From: Candidatus Saccharimonadia bacterium
GTDB lineage: Bacteria > Patescibacteriota > SICC01
DNA length: 64,000 nucleotides
Assembly: GCA_025449535.1 (NCBI GenBank)
Contig: JANWJF010000001.1
Coordinates: 219,406-283,405 of the forward strand
Reading direction: 5' to 3'
Shown here: positions 17,220 to 26,917 of the stretch, one piece after another
How the letters are laid out: each line of letters opens with the position of its first letter
Numbering within the stretch: the stretch's first letter is position 1
The notes under the pieces: model-generated
The model's input: only the letters and a program-made list of their open reading frames with translations
What the model was told of the DNA's origin: nothing
Databases searched by the model: none
Position numbers and translations under genes: made by a program

Positions 17220-19126
17220 GCCGGCACTTTCGCCGGCTTCCTGGTCCGGCTGACGCTCCGGGCGAACCGCAGCCGGACGGTCGTGCCGGCGTCCGGACGT
17301 GAGTCTATCTCGAGCTTCCCGCCTTGCCGCTCCACCAGGTCCTTGGCGATCGGCAGGCCCAGCCCGGCGCCGCCGGCCGCGATGGAAAGCTTGTTCTCTT
17401 CGCGATAGAACTTGTCGAAGACCTTGTGCAGGTTCCGCTGCCTGATGCCGACGCCGGTATCGCTCACCATGGTGACGACGTCCCGGCCGGCCGTCTCGAC
17501 GGATACGGTCACGTACCCGCCGGATGGCGTGTACTTGAGCGCGTTATCGAGCAGGTTGACGACCACTTGGACGTATTTGTCCTTGTCCGCCCGGATACGG
17601 TCCTCGGGATCGAGCCGGTCCTCAAACGCCAATGTGATCTCCTTGCGGTCGAACATGGTCTGCAATGTCTCGACCTCGCCCCAGAGCGCCGCGCTCGGGT
17701 TGAACCGGGTCAACGTGACCGGCAGCTTGTCATGGTCGATTTTGGTCGCGTACAGGAGATCTTCCACCAACCGACCCAACCGCTGTGCCGCTTTGAACGC
17801 CCGCTCCGTGAACCGCGGTGCGGACTCGGGTTGCTGCTCGGCCATCGAGAGGTATCCCATCAAGGCGGTCAGCGGCGTGCGCAGTTCGTGCGAAGCCATC
17901 GATATGAACTGCTGCTGGCGACGCTGGAGCGCCCGCCGGTCATCGATATTCCGGAAGATCGCCACCGCGCCGGCGGGCTTTCCCTGCCAGACGATCGGCG
18001 CGGCGCTGGTCTCATAGCAGAACCGGGTACCGTCACGTCGGCGAAGGAAGTACCGGCCGGACTGGACAGCCCGTCGGCCGCTAAGCGCCCGGATCACCGG
18101 CCGCTGCGAACGGGGCAGCCTGCGGCCCTGCTCGTTCTCGGTATGACATACCTCGGTCAGCTGTTTACCTATCGCTTCCTCGCGACTCCAGCCGAGCAGC
18201 TGCTCGAACTTCCGGTTGACCATGACTATCTTGCCCTCGGTGTCGACGACCAGCAGCGCATCGCCGACCGCCTGCAGGAACGCCTCGGCCCGGGCCTTGG
18301 CCCGCTCCGCGCGCCGTTTCTGTTTCCGGAGCTCCTCCACGTTCCGCGAAAGCAGCCTGGTCTGCGCCTTCACTTTCTGGCTGAGGTCGCGGTCGGACCG
18401 CTCCAGGCGTCCGGCCATCTGGTTGAACGCTTCCGCCAACTCGCCGACCTCGTCCCGCGAGCGGACCTCGGCGCGCCGTCGTAGCTTTCCCTGCCGGAAC
18501 GACCGGGCGATCGCCGTGAGCTCCCGGATCGGGCGGGTCATCCAACGGCCCAGCGCCGCGGAGAGGGCGGCCACCAGCAGCGTAATCACGGCTCCCAGGA
18601 TCAGGAAGGTATTCCGGATCACCCGGACCGGCGTCAGGGCCTCCGCCCGGTCGATCTTCACGACCAGCGCCCAGCCCGGCGCGAACTGTCGCGTCACCGC
18701 GAGGACTTCCCTACCCCGATAGTCGGTCGCGTTGCCGTCGGTCGACTCCGGCTGCGCCAACGCCCGTATCCCGATCGGACTCGTGTCGCCGTCGACCGCG
18801 AAGCGGCGTGGGGTCACCAACGTCGCTACGCCGTCCTGCTCCCTGATCACGTAGGCCTCGCCGGTGGCGCCGAACTCCGGAAGCGGCACGTCCTTGAGCG
18901 CTCCCGGTCCGCTGGTCCGCAGTTCCGCGGCGTACCGGTTGGCCTCGACGTCGGCGATGGTATAGAGGTTCTCCAGCGTCTGGGTCTGCAGGGAGTGCCG
19001 GGTCACGGCATACAACAGCGCGCCCGCGATCGCCAGCGGCACCAACGCCACCAACAGGGAGAGACCGATAGTTTTCTGAGTTATGCCCAAGGGACTTCGG
19101 GATTCGAAGCCAGCATTGTACCGCAT
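17216..19126 (-). CDS. Sensor histidine kinase (TM, periplasmic domain, HAMP, PAS, HisKA, HATPase)
   Basis: HAMP (RPIRELTAIARSF...GELAEAFNQMAGRL), H-box FISMASHELRTPL, ATP-binding N/G boxes (LDNALKYTP, DTGVGI, GGAGLGL). Start trimmed to MRYNAGF at 19126, because the track's 185-aa Gly/Arg-rich extension overlaps the MFS gene that ends at 19168. Confidence 0.8.
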   Translation of the reverse strand: MRYNAGFESRSPLGITQKTIGLSLLVALVPLAIAGALLYAVTRHSLQTQTLENLYTIADVEANRYAAELRTSGPGALKDVPLPEFGATGEAYVIREQDGVATLVTPRRFAVDGDTSPIGIRALAQPESTDGNATDYRGREVLAVTRQFAPGWALVVKIDRAEALTPVRVIRNTFLILGAVITLLVAALSAALGRWMTRPIRELTAIARSFRQGKLRRRAEVRSRDEVGELAEAFNQMAGRLERSDRDLSQKVKAQTRLLSRNVEELRKQKRRAERAKARAEAFLQAVGDALLVVDTEGKIVMVNRKFEQLLGWSREEAIGKQLTEVCHTENEQGRRLPRSQRPVIRALSGRRAVQSGRYFLRRRDGTRFCYETSAAPIVWQGKPAGAVAIFRNIDDRRALQRRQQQFISMASHELRTPLTALMGYLSMAEQQPESAPRFTERAFKAAQRLGRLVEDLLYATKIDHDKLPVTLTRFNPSAALWGEVETLQTMFDRKEITLAFEDRLDPEDRIRADKDKYVQVVVNLLDNALKYTPSGGYVTVSVETAGRDVVTMVSDTGVGIRQRNLHKVFDKFYREENKLSIAAGGAGLGLPIAKDLVERQGGKLEIDSRPDAGTTVRLRFARSVSRTRKPAKVPA

Positions 19127-19167
19127 CACCGGGAAAATGCAGTAGCGGAATTCACTAGCCAGGAAGC

Positions 19168-20667
19168 TCAGGCCCTGGCGGCGATACTCGCCTCGATCTT
19201 CTCGCCCTTGCGATGCTTCACGAAGACCAGCGCGAACAGCGCGCCCAGCACCGCCAGCGCGGCCCCGACGTAGAACGCGGCGTGGAATCCGTCGACCAGC
19301 GCGGCGGTCTGGAGATCCGGCGCCGCGGCCGGGTTCGGGAAGCCCGCGTGGGTCGCGCCGGCGCCGGACGCAGGCAGGGCCGCCAGCTTCTCGCTCAGGT
19401 AGTCCTTGGCCGCGGAGGCCGAGACCGCGGAGAGGATCGCCAGTCCGAGCGCGCCGCCGACCTGCTGGGTCGTGTTGAGCAGACCCGAGGCCAACCCGGA
19501 ATCCTTGGCCGGCACGCCGTTGGTAGCTCCGATGGTCACGCTCACGAACGAGAGGCCCATGCCGGCAGCCACCAGCACCAGCGGCGGCAGCACGTCGGTC
19601 AGGTACTCGCCCTGCACCGGCAGGTGCCCGAGCCAGAAGAGTCCGCCGGCGATGAACAAGGGTCCGGCGACCATCGGCCACTTGAACCCGATCTTGCTGA
19701 TCAAACCCGAGGCGATGCCGGCGACGATGCCGATCGTGATCGCCACGGGGAAGAAGGCGAGGCCAGTCTTCACCGGACTGTACCCGAGGACGTTCTGGAT
19801 ATAGAGCGTCAGGAAGAAGAACATCGCGAACATCGAGGCCACCACCGGGAACATCACCAGGTTGGACTTACCGACGTTCTTGGTAGTGAAGATCGACAGC
19901 GGCATTAGCGGGTGCTTGCTGCGACGTTCGTTCAGCAGGAACACGGCCAGGGTCGCCAACGCCCCGCCGAGCATCGCCAGGGTGCGCTCGTCTCCCCAGC
20001 CGTATTCCGGCGCCTTGGTCAGGCCGTATACCAGCAGCATCAGCCCGCCGGTCACGGTGGCCGCGCCGAAGAGGTCGAACTGCTTATGACCGAGGTCCGC
20101 CCGGCTTTCCGGCACGATCCGCCAGGCCGCCAGCGCCACCAGTAGGCCGATCGGCACGTTCACGAAGAAGTTATACCGCCAGCTGAAATACTCAGTCAAG
20201 ACGCCGCCAAGCAACAATCCTACCGCGGCACCGCTCGAGGTTATAGCCCCCCAGACGCTGAGCGCCCGGTTGCGATCCTTCCCCTCATTGAACGTGTTCA
20301 GGATGATCGACAACGCCGCCGGCGACATGAACGCCGCGGCCAACCCCTGGACGCCGCGTGCCAGGATCACTAGTGATTCGTTCTCCGCGATACCGACCAG
20401 CAGTGAGGCGATCGAGAACGCGGCAACGCCCGCCATGAACGTCCGCTTGCGGCCGAGGATGTCCGCCGCCCGGCCGCCGAGCAGCAGGAAGCCGCCGAAC
20501 GCCAGGGTGTACGCGGTGATAATCCATTGTAGGTTGATGGCGGAGATACCGAGGTCCCGTTGCATCGACGGTAGCGCGACGTTCACGATCGTCACGTCCA
20601 GCACTACGATGAACTGCGCCATCCCGACCAGCGCCATCACCCACCAGCGGTTCACCGCCTTGGCCAC
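19168..20667 (-). CDS. MFS transporter (DHA2 family, 14 TMS)
   Basis: Hydrophobic helices throughout; GRAADILGRKRTFM motif. Confidence 0.8.
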   Translation of the reverse strand: MAKAVNRWWVMALVGMAQFIVVLDVTIVNVALPSMQRDLGISAINLQWIITAYTLAFGGFLLLGGRAADILGRKRTFMAGVAAFSIASLLVGIAENESLVILARGVQGLAAAFMSPAALSIILNTFNEGKDRNRALSVWGAITSSGAAVGLLLGGVLTEYFSWRYNFFVNVPIGLLVALAAWRIVPESRADLGHKQFDLFGAATVTGGLMLLVYGLTKAPEYGWGDERTLAMLGGALATLAVFLLNERRSKHPLMPLSIFTTKNVGKSNLVMFPVVASMFAMFFFLTLYIQNVLGYSPVKTGLAFFPVAITIGIVAGIASGLISKIGFKWPMVAGPLFIAGGLFWLGHLPVQGEYLTDVLPPLVLVAAGMGLSFVSVTIGATNGVPAKDSGLASGLLNTTQQVGGALGLAILSAVSASAAKDYLSEKLAALPASGAGATHAGFPNPAAAPDLQTAALVDGFHAAFYVGAALAVLGALFALVFVKHRKGEKIEASIAARA

Positions 20668-20670
20668 CGG

Positions 20671-21324
20671 TCAGAATTCCCCGGAAAGGATCGTCTTCTC
20701 CGGCGTGCCGTCGTCCTTGCTCTCCTGGGTCACTGCGACCTTGCTGTACGCCGACGCGTCACGGGCCTGGTCGAGCGTCATCACCCACCGGTCGTCGATC
20801 TTCAGCAGCCGGCCGGCCGAGAACTCGGACCGGGTATCGGGATTGATCAGGAAGGCCTCGTAGAAGGTGCCGGCCGGGGGATCCGGCAGCTCCGCGGATA
20901 CCGCCAGGACAAACCGTCCGGCGGCGGTGGACCGGGCGGCCTCGCCGCTGGCATCAGGGTCGACGTCGCCGTCAGGCTTGAGCGTCGCTACCTGCTGACC
21001 GGGGTCGAGTCCGACGGAGGCGGACGGCGACGGGGTCGCTTCCGCCGGCGGCGTGAACTCAGGAGCTTCCGGCGTGGTGTTGCCGCCGAGACCGACCAGG
21101 GCGTATGCCGCCACCGCGGCCGCGGCCAGGAGTACCAGCCCGACGACCGACATCACGATCAGCTTGAGGTTCCTGCCGCCGCCGGCCGGTTCGGGGTCGA
21201 TCGGATGGGGAGGAGGCGGAGGCGGGGTGGACGCTCCGGAGGCGCCGGAAGGGTCCGGGCCCTGGTCGGGTCCGGGCATGTCCGGTCGCTGGCTTGGCTG
21301 TTGGTTTGGAACCCCTTCCTGCAT
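20671..21324 (-). CDS. Membrane-anchored protein with a Pro-rich cytoplasmic N-terminus and an extracytoplasmic domain (possible anti-sigma RskA-like C-terminal domain)
   Basis: PPPPPPHP, single TM LIVMSVVGLVLLAAAAVAAYALV, C-terminal FYEAFLINPD...AGRL. Confidence 0.45.
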   Translation of the reverse strand: MQEGVPNQQPSQRPDMPGPDQGPDPSGASGASTPPPPPPHPIDPEPAGGGRNLKLIVMSVVGLVLLAAAAVAAYALVGLGGNTTPEAPEFTPPAEATPSPSASVGLDPGQQVATLKPDGDVDPDASGEAARSTAAGRFVLAVSAELPDPPAGTFYEAFLINPDTRSEFSAGRLLKIDDRWVMTLDQARDASAYSKVAVTQESKDDGTPEKTILSGEF

Positions 21325-21408
21325 GGCCCCAATGTACTACACGCCTGGTTGGAAGACTACGGGTTTCGCTGAGCAGCCAGCCGGGGCAATCTGCACTACC
21401 ATGAGGCC

Positions 21409-22605
21409 ATGCGCGGCTTGATCGCATTCCGGCGCCAGTGGCTGGCCCTCAGCACGGCGGTCCTCGGACTCACCGCCTCGGTGACGGTACTCGCCTTCTA
21501 CCTGCCGTTGATCCTCTCTGACCTGACCGATTCCCAGGCCGCGATCGGCTTCGGGGTCGGTGTGGAGGGATTGGTCGCCCTGACCGTGCCGCTGTTCGTG
21601 GGCCGGGCCTCGGACCAACGCGGCCGGCGCATCCCCTACATGCTGGCCGCCACGCCGCTGGTCGTCGGCGGGCTGCTTGGCGTCACGTTGTTCGACTCGT
21701 ACTGGGCCCTGGTCGGGGCGGTCGTGGCCTACTTCATCGGCTATTATGCCTACTACACCGCGTACCAGTCGCTCTACCCGGACCTGGTCAGCCAGGACGA
21801 GTACGGTCGGGCCTGGTCGCTGCTCAACATCTTCCAAGGCGTCGGGGTCGGACTGGCCTTGCTCGGCGGTGGCGTGTTGATCGGCATAAACCTCTCCGCG
21901 CCGTTCCTGGCCGCCGCCGGGCTGTTCCTGCTCACCACATTGGTAACGACGTTGCTGATCCGCGAGACCGGTGGCCGCGGCAAGCGCCCGGAGTTCGGCC
22001 GGATCGGCCTGTTGGTCCGCCGGCTCCGCAGCGACCGTAACCTCCGGCTCTTCCTGCCGGCGCACTTCGGCTGGGAGTTCGCGCTGGCGGCGATCCGGGC
22101 GTTCGTGCTGCTCTACCTGGTCGACGGCCTGGGTCTGGACGGGGCAGCGGTGGCCGGCATCCTGATGGTCGTGATCGCAGCCTACATGGTGGCGGCCATC
22201 GTCTCGGGCAACATCGTCGACCGGTTCGATCCCCGCGATTACACCGCAGGAGCAATCGTGATCTTCGCGGCGTCGATGCTGGCCCTCGGCCTGACCGTCA
22301 ATGACATCACGCTCCTGCTTGTCCTGCCGTTCGGGGTGTTCGCGGCGGCGGCCGTCCTAATGCTGGCCTACCCGATTCTGCTGCGGATCACCCCGGATGA
22401 CCGGCATGGCGAGTACACCGGCTACTACCAGGCCAACCGCGGACTGGCCTTGATCCTCGGCACCGTCGGGACCGGCTGGCTGATCGACCGGTTCGGCCAG
22501 TACTTCCCGACCGCCGACGGCTACCAGACGTTCTGGCTGACCGGCGGCGTCATGGTGGCGCTGACCTTGCCGTTCTTCCTGCGGCTTACTCGAAAGCAGG
22601 CCTGA
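21409..22605 (+). CDS. MFS transporter (12 TMS)
   Basis: Hydrophobic helices; GRASDQRGRR motif. Its stop overlaps the lgt start (TGATG). Confidence 0.7.
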   Translation: MRGLIAFRRQWLALSTAVLGLTASVTVLAFYLPLILSDLTDSQAAIGFGVGVEGLVALTVPLFVGRASDQRGRRIPYMLAATPLVVGGLLGVTLFDSYWALVGAVVAYFIGYYAYYTAYQSLYPDLVSQDEYGRAWSLLNIFQGVGVGLALLGGGVLIGINLSAPFLAAAGLFLLTTLVTTLLIRETGGRGKRPEFGRIGLLVRRLRSDRNLRLFLPAHFGWEFALAAIRAFVLLYLVDGLGLDGAAVAGILMVVIAAYMVAAIVSGNIVDRFDPRDYTAGAIVIFAASMLALGLTVNDITLLLVLPFGVFAAAAVLMLAYPILLRITPDDRHGEYTGYYQANRGLALILGTVGTGWLIDRFGQYFPTADGYQTFWLTGGVMVALTLPFFLRLTRKQA

Positions 22606-23372
22606 TGGCAGCCGCGGTCTCGCTCGGCCCGCTGGCCGTCCACTGGTACTCCGTCTTCATCCTGGCCGGCGCGATCGCCGGCTACTTCCTGGCCAAGCCG
22701 GAGGCGCGGCGCTTCCGGATCGAACCGCGTGCCCTCCAGGAGTCGATCTTCTTCGGGGTGATCCCCGGCATTATCGGGGCCCGGCTCTATCACGTACTCG
22801 ACGAGTTCGGATACTATGCCGCGGATCCGGGACGGGTCCTCGCGATCTGGAACGGCGGGCTCGGGATCCTCGGCGGCTTGGCCGGCGGACTCCTCGGGCT
22901 CTGGTACTTCGCGCGGCGATGCCGGATCTCCCTGCTCCGGCTGCTGGACGTCTGGGCCCCTTCGGTGCTGTTGGCGCAAGGCATCGGCCGGTTCGGTAAC
23001 TGGACCAACCAGGAGGCGTTCGGGCCGCCGACCGACCTGCCCTGGGGCGTACCGATCGACCCCCCGCACCGTCCGGCGGAACATGCGACGAGCACCCACT
23101 TCCACCCCACGTTCTTCTACGAGGCCGCCTGGGACTTCCTCGGTCTGGTGGCCCTGCTGCTGCTCCGCCCCAAGCTGCGCGCCACGCCCGGCCGGGTCCT
23201 CGGGGCGTACTTGGTCGTCTACGCTACGGGCCGGTTCGTCGTCGAGTTCTGGCGGTTCGACACGGCGCACGTGGCGGGCCTGCCGCTGGCCCAACTAGTG
23301 GCGGTCGCGATCGCCGGCACCGGCATCTGGCTGCTGGCCCGGGGGCGCGGACGGACGGTTACGGCCTCGTGA
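22605..23372 (+). CDS. lgt: Prolipoprotein diacylglyceryl transferase
   Basis: HWYSVFILAGAIAGYFLA...IGARLYHV...GIGRFGNWTNQEAFG (Lgt signature). Confidence 0.8.
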   Translation: MAAAVSLGPLAVHWYSVFILAGAIAGYFLAKPEARRFRIEPRALQESIFFGVIPGIIGARLYHVLDEFGYYAADPGRVLAIWNGGLGILGGLAGGLLGLWYFARRCRISLLRLLDVWAPSVLLAQGIGRFGNWTNQEAFGPPTDLPWGVPIDPPHRPAEHATSTHFHPTFFYEAAWDFLGLVALLLLRPKLRATPGRVLGAYLVVYATGRFVVEFWRFDTAHVAGLPLAQLVAVAIAGTGIWLLARGRGRTVTAS

Positions 23373-24192
23373 CTCCGTAACCGCCGTAGCCCGGTTCCTC
23401 GAGCTCGACTTCGACTGTATCGGATCCATGCTCCGCTTCCTCGGCATGGCCATGCGGCAGATAGACCGTCAGAAGGACGATCGCGACGACCCCAGCCAGG
23501 AACGGCAGGCCGTAGATGAAGCGTCCCTTCACCCGCTGGTGATGGAGTTCCGGGATCAGGTTGGCGGCGGCGATGTAGATGAACATCCCGGCCACCGCCG
23601 CGATGAACCAGGCCAGATGCACCTCCACGAAGTCCCCGGCCGCGAAGACCGCGACCGCGCCAAGTACCGCCGTCAGTCCAGACAGAAAGTTATACATGAG
23701 CGCCCGGGTCCGGCTATACCCGGAGCGCACCAGGATCGCGTAATCGCCGACCTCGTGCGGCAGTTCGTGGGCGGCGACCGCCAAGGTGGTCAGGATGCCC
23801 AGGTCCGGCGAGATGAGGAACGCCGCCGCGATCGCCACGCCGTCGACGAAGTTGTGGATACCGTCGCCGACCAGGATGAAGTAGCGTGAGGCGACATGGT
23901 GTCCCGTATGCGATTCCTCGCCATGATGCTTATGGGACCCGTGGATCACCCGTTCCAGGTAGTAGAACGCGACCATCGCCGCCAGCGTCGCGCCGAGAAC
24001 GGAGGAATCACCGTGCTCCAACGCTTCCGGCAGCAGGTCGAGGAACGTCGTCGCCAGGAGCACCCCCGCCGCGAAGGCGATCGCCCGCAGCTCCGCACGT
24101 TCCTTCCAGTTCCGGACGACGAACAGGAGTCCAACGAAGGATAGTAGACTGACGCCGAAGGTCGCGAGAAGTGAGCTGGCCAATGCGGACAT
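23359..24192 (-). CDS. ZIP-family metal (zinc) transporter
   Basis: HNFVDGVAIAAAF and HELPHEVGDYAILV motifs; 8 TMS. Confidence 0.8.
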   Translation of the reverse strand: MSALASSLLATFGVSLLSFVGLLFVVRNWKERAELRAIAFAAGVLLATTFLDLLPEALEHGDSSVLGATLAAMVAFYYLERVIHGSHKHHGEESHTGHHVASRYFILVGDGIHNFVDGVAIAAAFLISPDLGILTTLAVAAHELPHEVGDYAILVRSGYSRTRALMYNFLSGLTAVLGAVAVFAAGDFVEVHLAWFIAAVAGMFIYIAAANLIPELHHQRVKGRFIYGLPFLAGVVAIVLLTVYLPHGHAEEAEHGSDTVEVELEEPGYGGYGVTRP

Positions 24193-24201
24193 GACCTGAG
24201 C

Positions 24202-24867
24202 CTAGCTTGCTTTGAGCGGTTTGAGCAATGCGCGGACCGGCGCGCCGTCGCCGTCCGCGATCCGGAGCGGCAAGCAGGTCAGATCGTACTCCCCCGCCGG
24301 GACGTCGGTCAGCACCAGACCCTCGACGATGGCGATGCCCGCCCCGAGAAGCGCCGTGTGCGGGGTCGAGTCCGGGCCGCGACGCTGGATCGAGAGGTAG
24401 TCGATGCCGACAAGCTTGAGAACGCCACGCGCGGCTAACGATTCGGCAGCGTCCGCCGACAAGCCGACGTAGTCCTCGGTGAACGGTTTCTCCAGCAGCC
24501 GCTGCGTGGAGTTGCGTGTCTTGAGCAGCAGCCGTTCGGTCCCCTCCGGGAGCGCGGCCAGCTGCGCGGGACTGATTTCGTTCGCGGCGTCTTCCGAATC
24601 TCCCACGCCGCCGGCTTCCGTCAGGTCGAGCACGAACGCCCGCCCGATGAACTGCGCCGGGTCATACGAGTCGATGCCGCCGCCATCGGCCAGGTTATGC
24701 TTCGGCGCGTCCACGTGAGTACCGAAGTGCGTCCCGGTGCGGAGCTCGGTCACGTTAGAGCCTTTTTCCTCAAGCGTCTTGAACGGCTTGAGTGAGACGT
24801 CCGGGTCCGACGGCCAGGAGAGCATCCCGTCCCGGATCGGCATGGAGATGTCGATGTAATCGCTCAC
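24202..24867 (-). CDS. Cyclase-family protein (kynurenine formamidase-like)
   Basis: GTHFGTHVDAPKH motif. Confidence 0.7.
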   Translation of the reverse strand: MSDYIDISMPIRDGMLSWPSDPDVSLKPFKTLEEKGSNVTELRTGTHFGTHVDAPKHNLADGGGIDSYDPAQFIGRAFVLDLTEAGGVGDSEDAANEISPAQLAALPEGTERLLLKTRNSTQRLLEKPFTEDYVGLSADAAESLAARGVLKLVGIDYLSIQRRGPDSTPHTALLGAGIAIVEGLVLTDVPAGEYDLTCLPLRIADGDGAPVRALLKPLKAS

Positions 24868-25790
24868 TTCTTTTCTTCGATGGCGTGGCCGCCGAACTTG
24901 TTCCGGAGGATCGCCAGGACCTTGTTGGAGAACTCGTCGCGCTGCTTGGTGTTCCAGCGCTGGAAGACGGCGTGCGCGTTGACCGTGTACGGCAGCTGCT
25001 TGTCCAGCGCCGCCTCGGCCGACCAGCGACCCTCGCCGTTCTCGTCCACCTCGCCGCCGATCTTCTTCAGCTGCGGGTCCTCGTCCAGCGCCTCGGCCAG
25101 CAGCTCGGAAAGGAGCGAGCGCACGATCGAGCCGGCGTCCCAGACGTGCGCCACCTTGGCCAAGTCCACGTCCGGATAGTGCCCGTTGGCAAGCAGGTTC
25201 ATCCCCTCGCCGAAGGCCTGCATCATCCCGTACTCGATCGAGTTGTGGACCATCTTCACGTAATGTCCCGCCCCGGCCGGCCCGAAGTACCCGCCGCCTC
25301 CCTCGGGCGTCATCGAGTCCACCAGCGGGCCGATGTGCTTCCAGGCAGATTCGTCGCCGCCGGCCATCATCGCGTAACCGATCCGCGGGCCGAGCACGCC
25401 GCCGGAGGTACCGATGTCGAGGAAGCGGACGCCCTGCTCCTGGCAGAGCCGGTCGTGTTCCTGCGACTTGGTCCAGCGCGAGTTGCCGCCGTCGATCAGG
25501 ATGTCATCCTTGTCCAGCAGTCCGACGAGCTTCCCGACCATCTCGTCGGTGACGGTCGGCGCGTCCGGGTCCTCCTTGTTCACGGACGGCAGCATCACCC
25601 AGACGACCCGGGGCTTCGCCAGCTTCTCCGCGACTTCCTCGACCGTCTCGGCCGGGATGGCGCCGTCCTTGGCCACCTCCGTGACGGCATCCGGGGTCCG
25701 GTTCCAGGCGACCACCTCGTGACCGTCCTTGAGGAGTCGGGCCGCCAGGCCCTTCCCCATCCGTCCCATGCCGAGGATGCCGATTTGCAT
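24864..25790 (-). CDS. gnd: 6-phosphogluconate dehydrogenase, decarboxylating (short form)
   Basis: MQIGILGMGRMGKGLAARL Rossmann motif and 6PGDH C-terminal region. Start trimmed to MQIGILG, which leaves a 35-nt divergent intergenic region. Confidence 0.8.
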   Translation of the reverse strand: MQIGILGMGRMGKGLAARLLKDGHEVVAWNRTPDAVTEVAKDGAIPAETVEEVAEKLAKPRVVWVMLPSVNKEDPDAPTVTDEMVGKLVGLLDKDDILIDGGNSRWTKSQEHDRLCQEQGVRFLDIGTSGGVLGPRIGYAMMAGGDESAWKHIGPLVDSMTPEGGGGYFGPAGAGHYVKMVHNSIEYGMMQAFGEGMNLLANGHYPDVDLAKVAHVWDAGSIVRSLLSELLAEALDEDPQLKKIGGEVDENGEGRWSAEAALDKQLPYTVNAHAVFQRWNTKQRDEFSNKVLAILRNKFGGHAIEEKK

Positions 25791-25825
25791 GCTCATAGTG
25801 TATCGCACGTATGATGAAGCGGATG

Positions 25826-26917
25826 AAACCGACCGTATACCTCGGAGCTGACCACGGCGGATACCGTCTCAAGGAGCGGCTCCGCGAGAAACTCGCAGAC
25901 TGGGGCTACGAGACGGCGGACCTCGGGGACGTCCGGCTGGATTCGCACGACGACTACCCGCTGTACGCGCTGATGGTCGCCTCCCGGGTGGCCGCGGAAC
26001 GCGCCCGGGCCAAGGCGGCCGTGGGGATCCTGGCCTGCCGCTCCGCCGGCGGAATGGCGATCGCCGCCAACAAGGTGCCGGGCATCCGGGCCGTAGCCGC
26101 CCCGGACCGCCGGTCGGCGATCCACGCCCGGACCGACAACGACGCCAACGTCCTGGCGTTGGCCGGGGATTACCTCAACCACCGGCAGGTGGCCGCGGTC
26201 GCCAAGGCCTGGCTGGACGCCAAGCCGCCGAAGGCTGGCAAGCACCTGCGCCGGATCGGCCAGGTGGAACGGTTCGAGACGGACGGGATCGACGTGGTAC
26301 CCGGCGTGCTGGAACGGGACACCCGCGCCGCGAACGCGGCGGCGAAGCCGCTGGCCGCGGTCTCCGATTGGGTGCACGTGGACGTCGCGGACGGGGCGTT
26401 GGTGCCGGAGTCGGCGCTGGCGGAACCCTCGGACGCCACCGGTATCCGGATCAACGTGAAGCTCGAGGTCCACCTGATGGTCGAGGAGCCGGCGCGGTTC
26501 GTCACGCCGTGGGTCCGGACCGGCGCCAAGCGGCTGATCGCCCACGTGGAGGCCGACGGCATCCGGGAGTTCCTGCGGTCCGTGAACAAGCGGGTCGGCG
26601 TCGAAGCCTGGGTCGCCGTCGACGCGGCGACGCCGGTCGCGAGGCTCAAGCCGTTGCTCGGCCGCATCGACGGCGTGACCGTCATGGCAGTGACGGCCGG
26701 ACGCTCCGGGCAGGAATTTCAGACCGCCACCCTGACCAAGGTCGCCAAGCTGAAGGAACTGAAACCGAACCTGCCGGTCGAGGTCGACGGCGGGATAAAT
26801 CAATGGACGGCCCCTGCCGTCCGGGCCGCCGGCGCCGACCGGGTGGTGGCGACCTCCTTCCTGAAGCGCCGCAAGGACGTGGCCGGCGGCATCGGCATCC
26901 TGAAGGGGGCCGGATGA
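25826..26917 (+). CDS. rpiB: Fusion of ribose-5-phosphate isomerase B and ribulose-phosphate 3-epimerase
   Basis: N-terminal MKPTVYLGADHGGYRLKE...GMAIAANKVPGIRA (actinobacterial-type RpiB). C-terminal DWVHVDVADGALVP...VHLMVEEP...VEVDGGIN (Rpe). A single ORF with no stop between the two halves. Confidence 0.7.
   Translation, partial: KPTVYLGADHGGYRLKERLREKLADWGYETADLGDVRLDSHDDYPLYALMVASRVAAERARAKAAVGILACRSAGGMAIAANKVPGIRAVAAPDRRSAIHARTDNDANVLALAGDYLNHRQVAAVAKAWLDAKPPKAGKHLRRIGQVERFETDGIDVVPGVLERDTRAANAAAKPLAAVSDWVHVDVADGALVPESALAEPSDATGIRINVKLEVHLMVEEPARFVTPWVRTGAKRLIAHVEADGIREFLRSVNKRVGVEAWVAVDAATPVARLKPLLGRIDGVTVMAVTAGRSGQEFQTATLTKVAKLKELKPNLPVEVDGGINQWTAPAVRAAGADRVVATSFLKRRKDVAGGIGILKGAG

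Noticed and set aside
17216-19681. 821-aa version of the histidine kinase
   Set aside because: The first 185 residues are Gly/Arg/Ala-rich and overlap the MFS gene ending at 19168 in another frame. Start trimmed to 19126.
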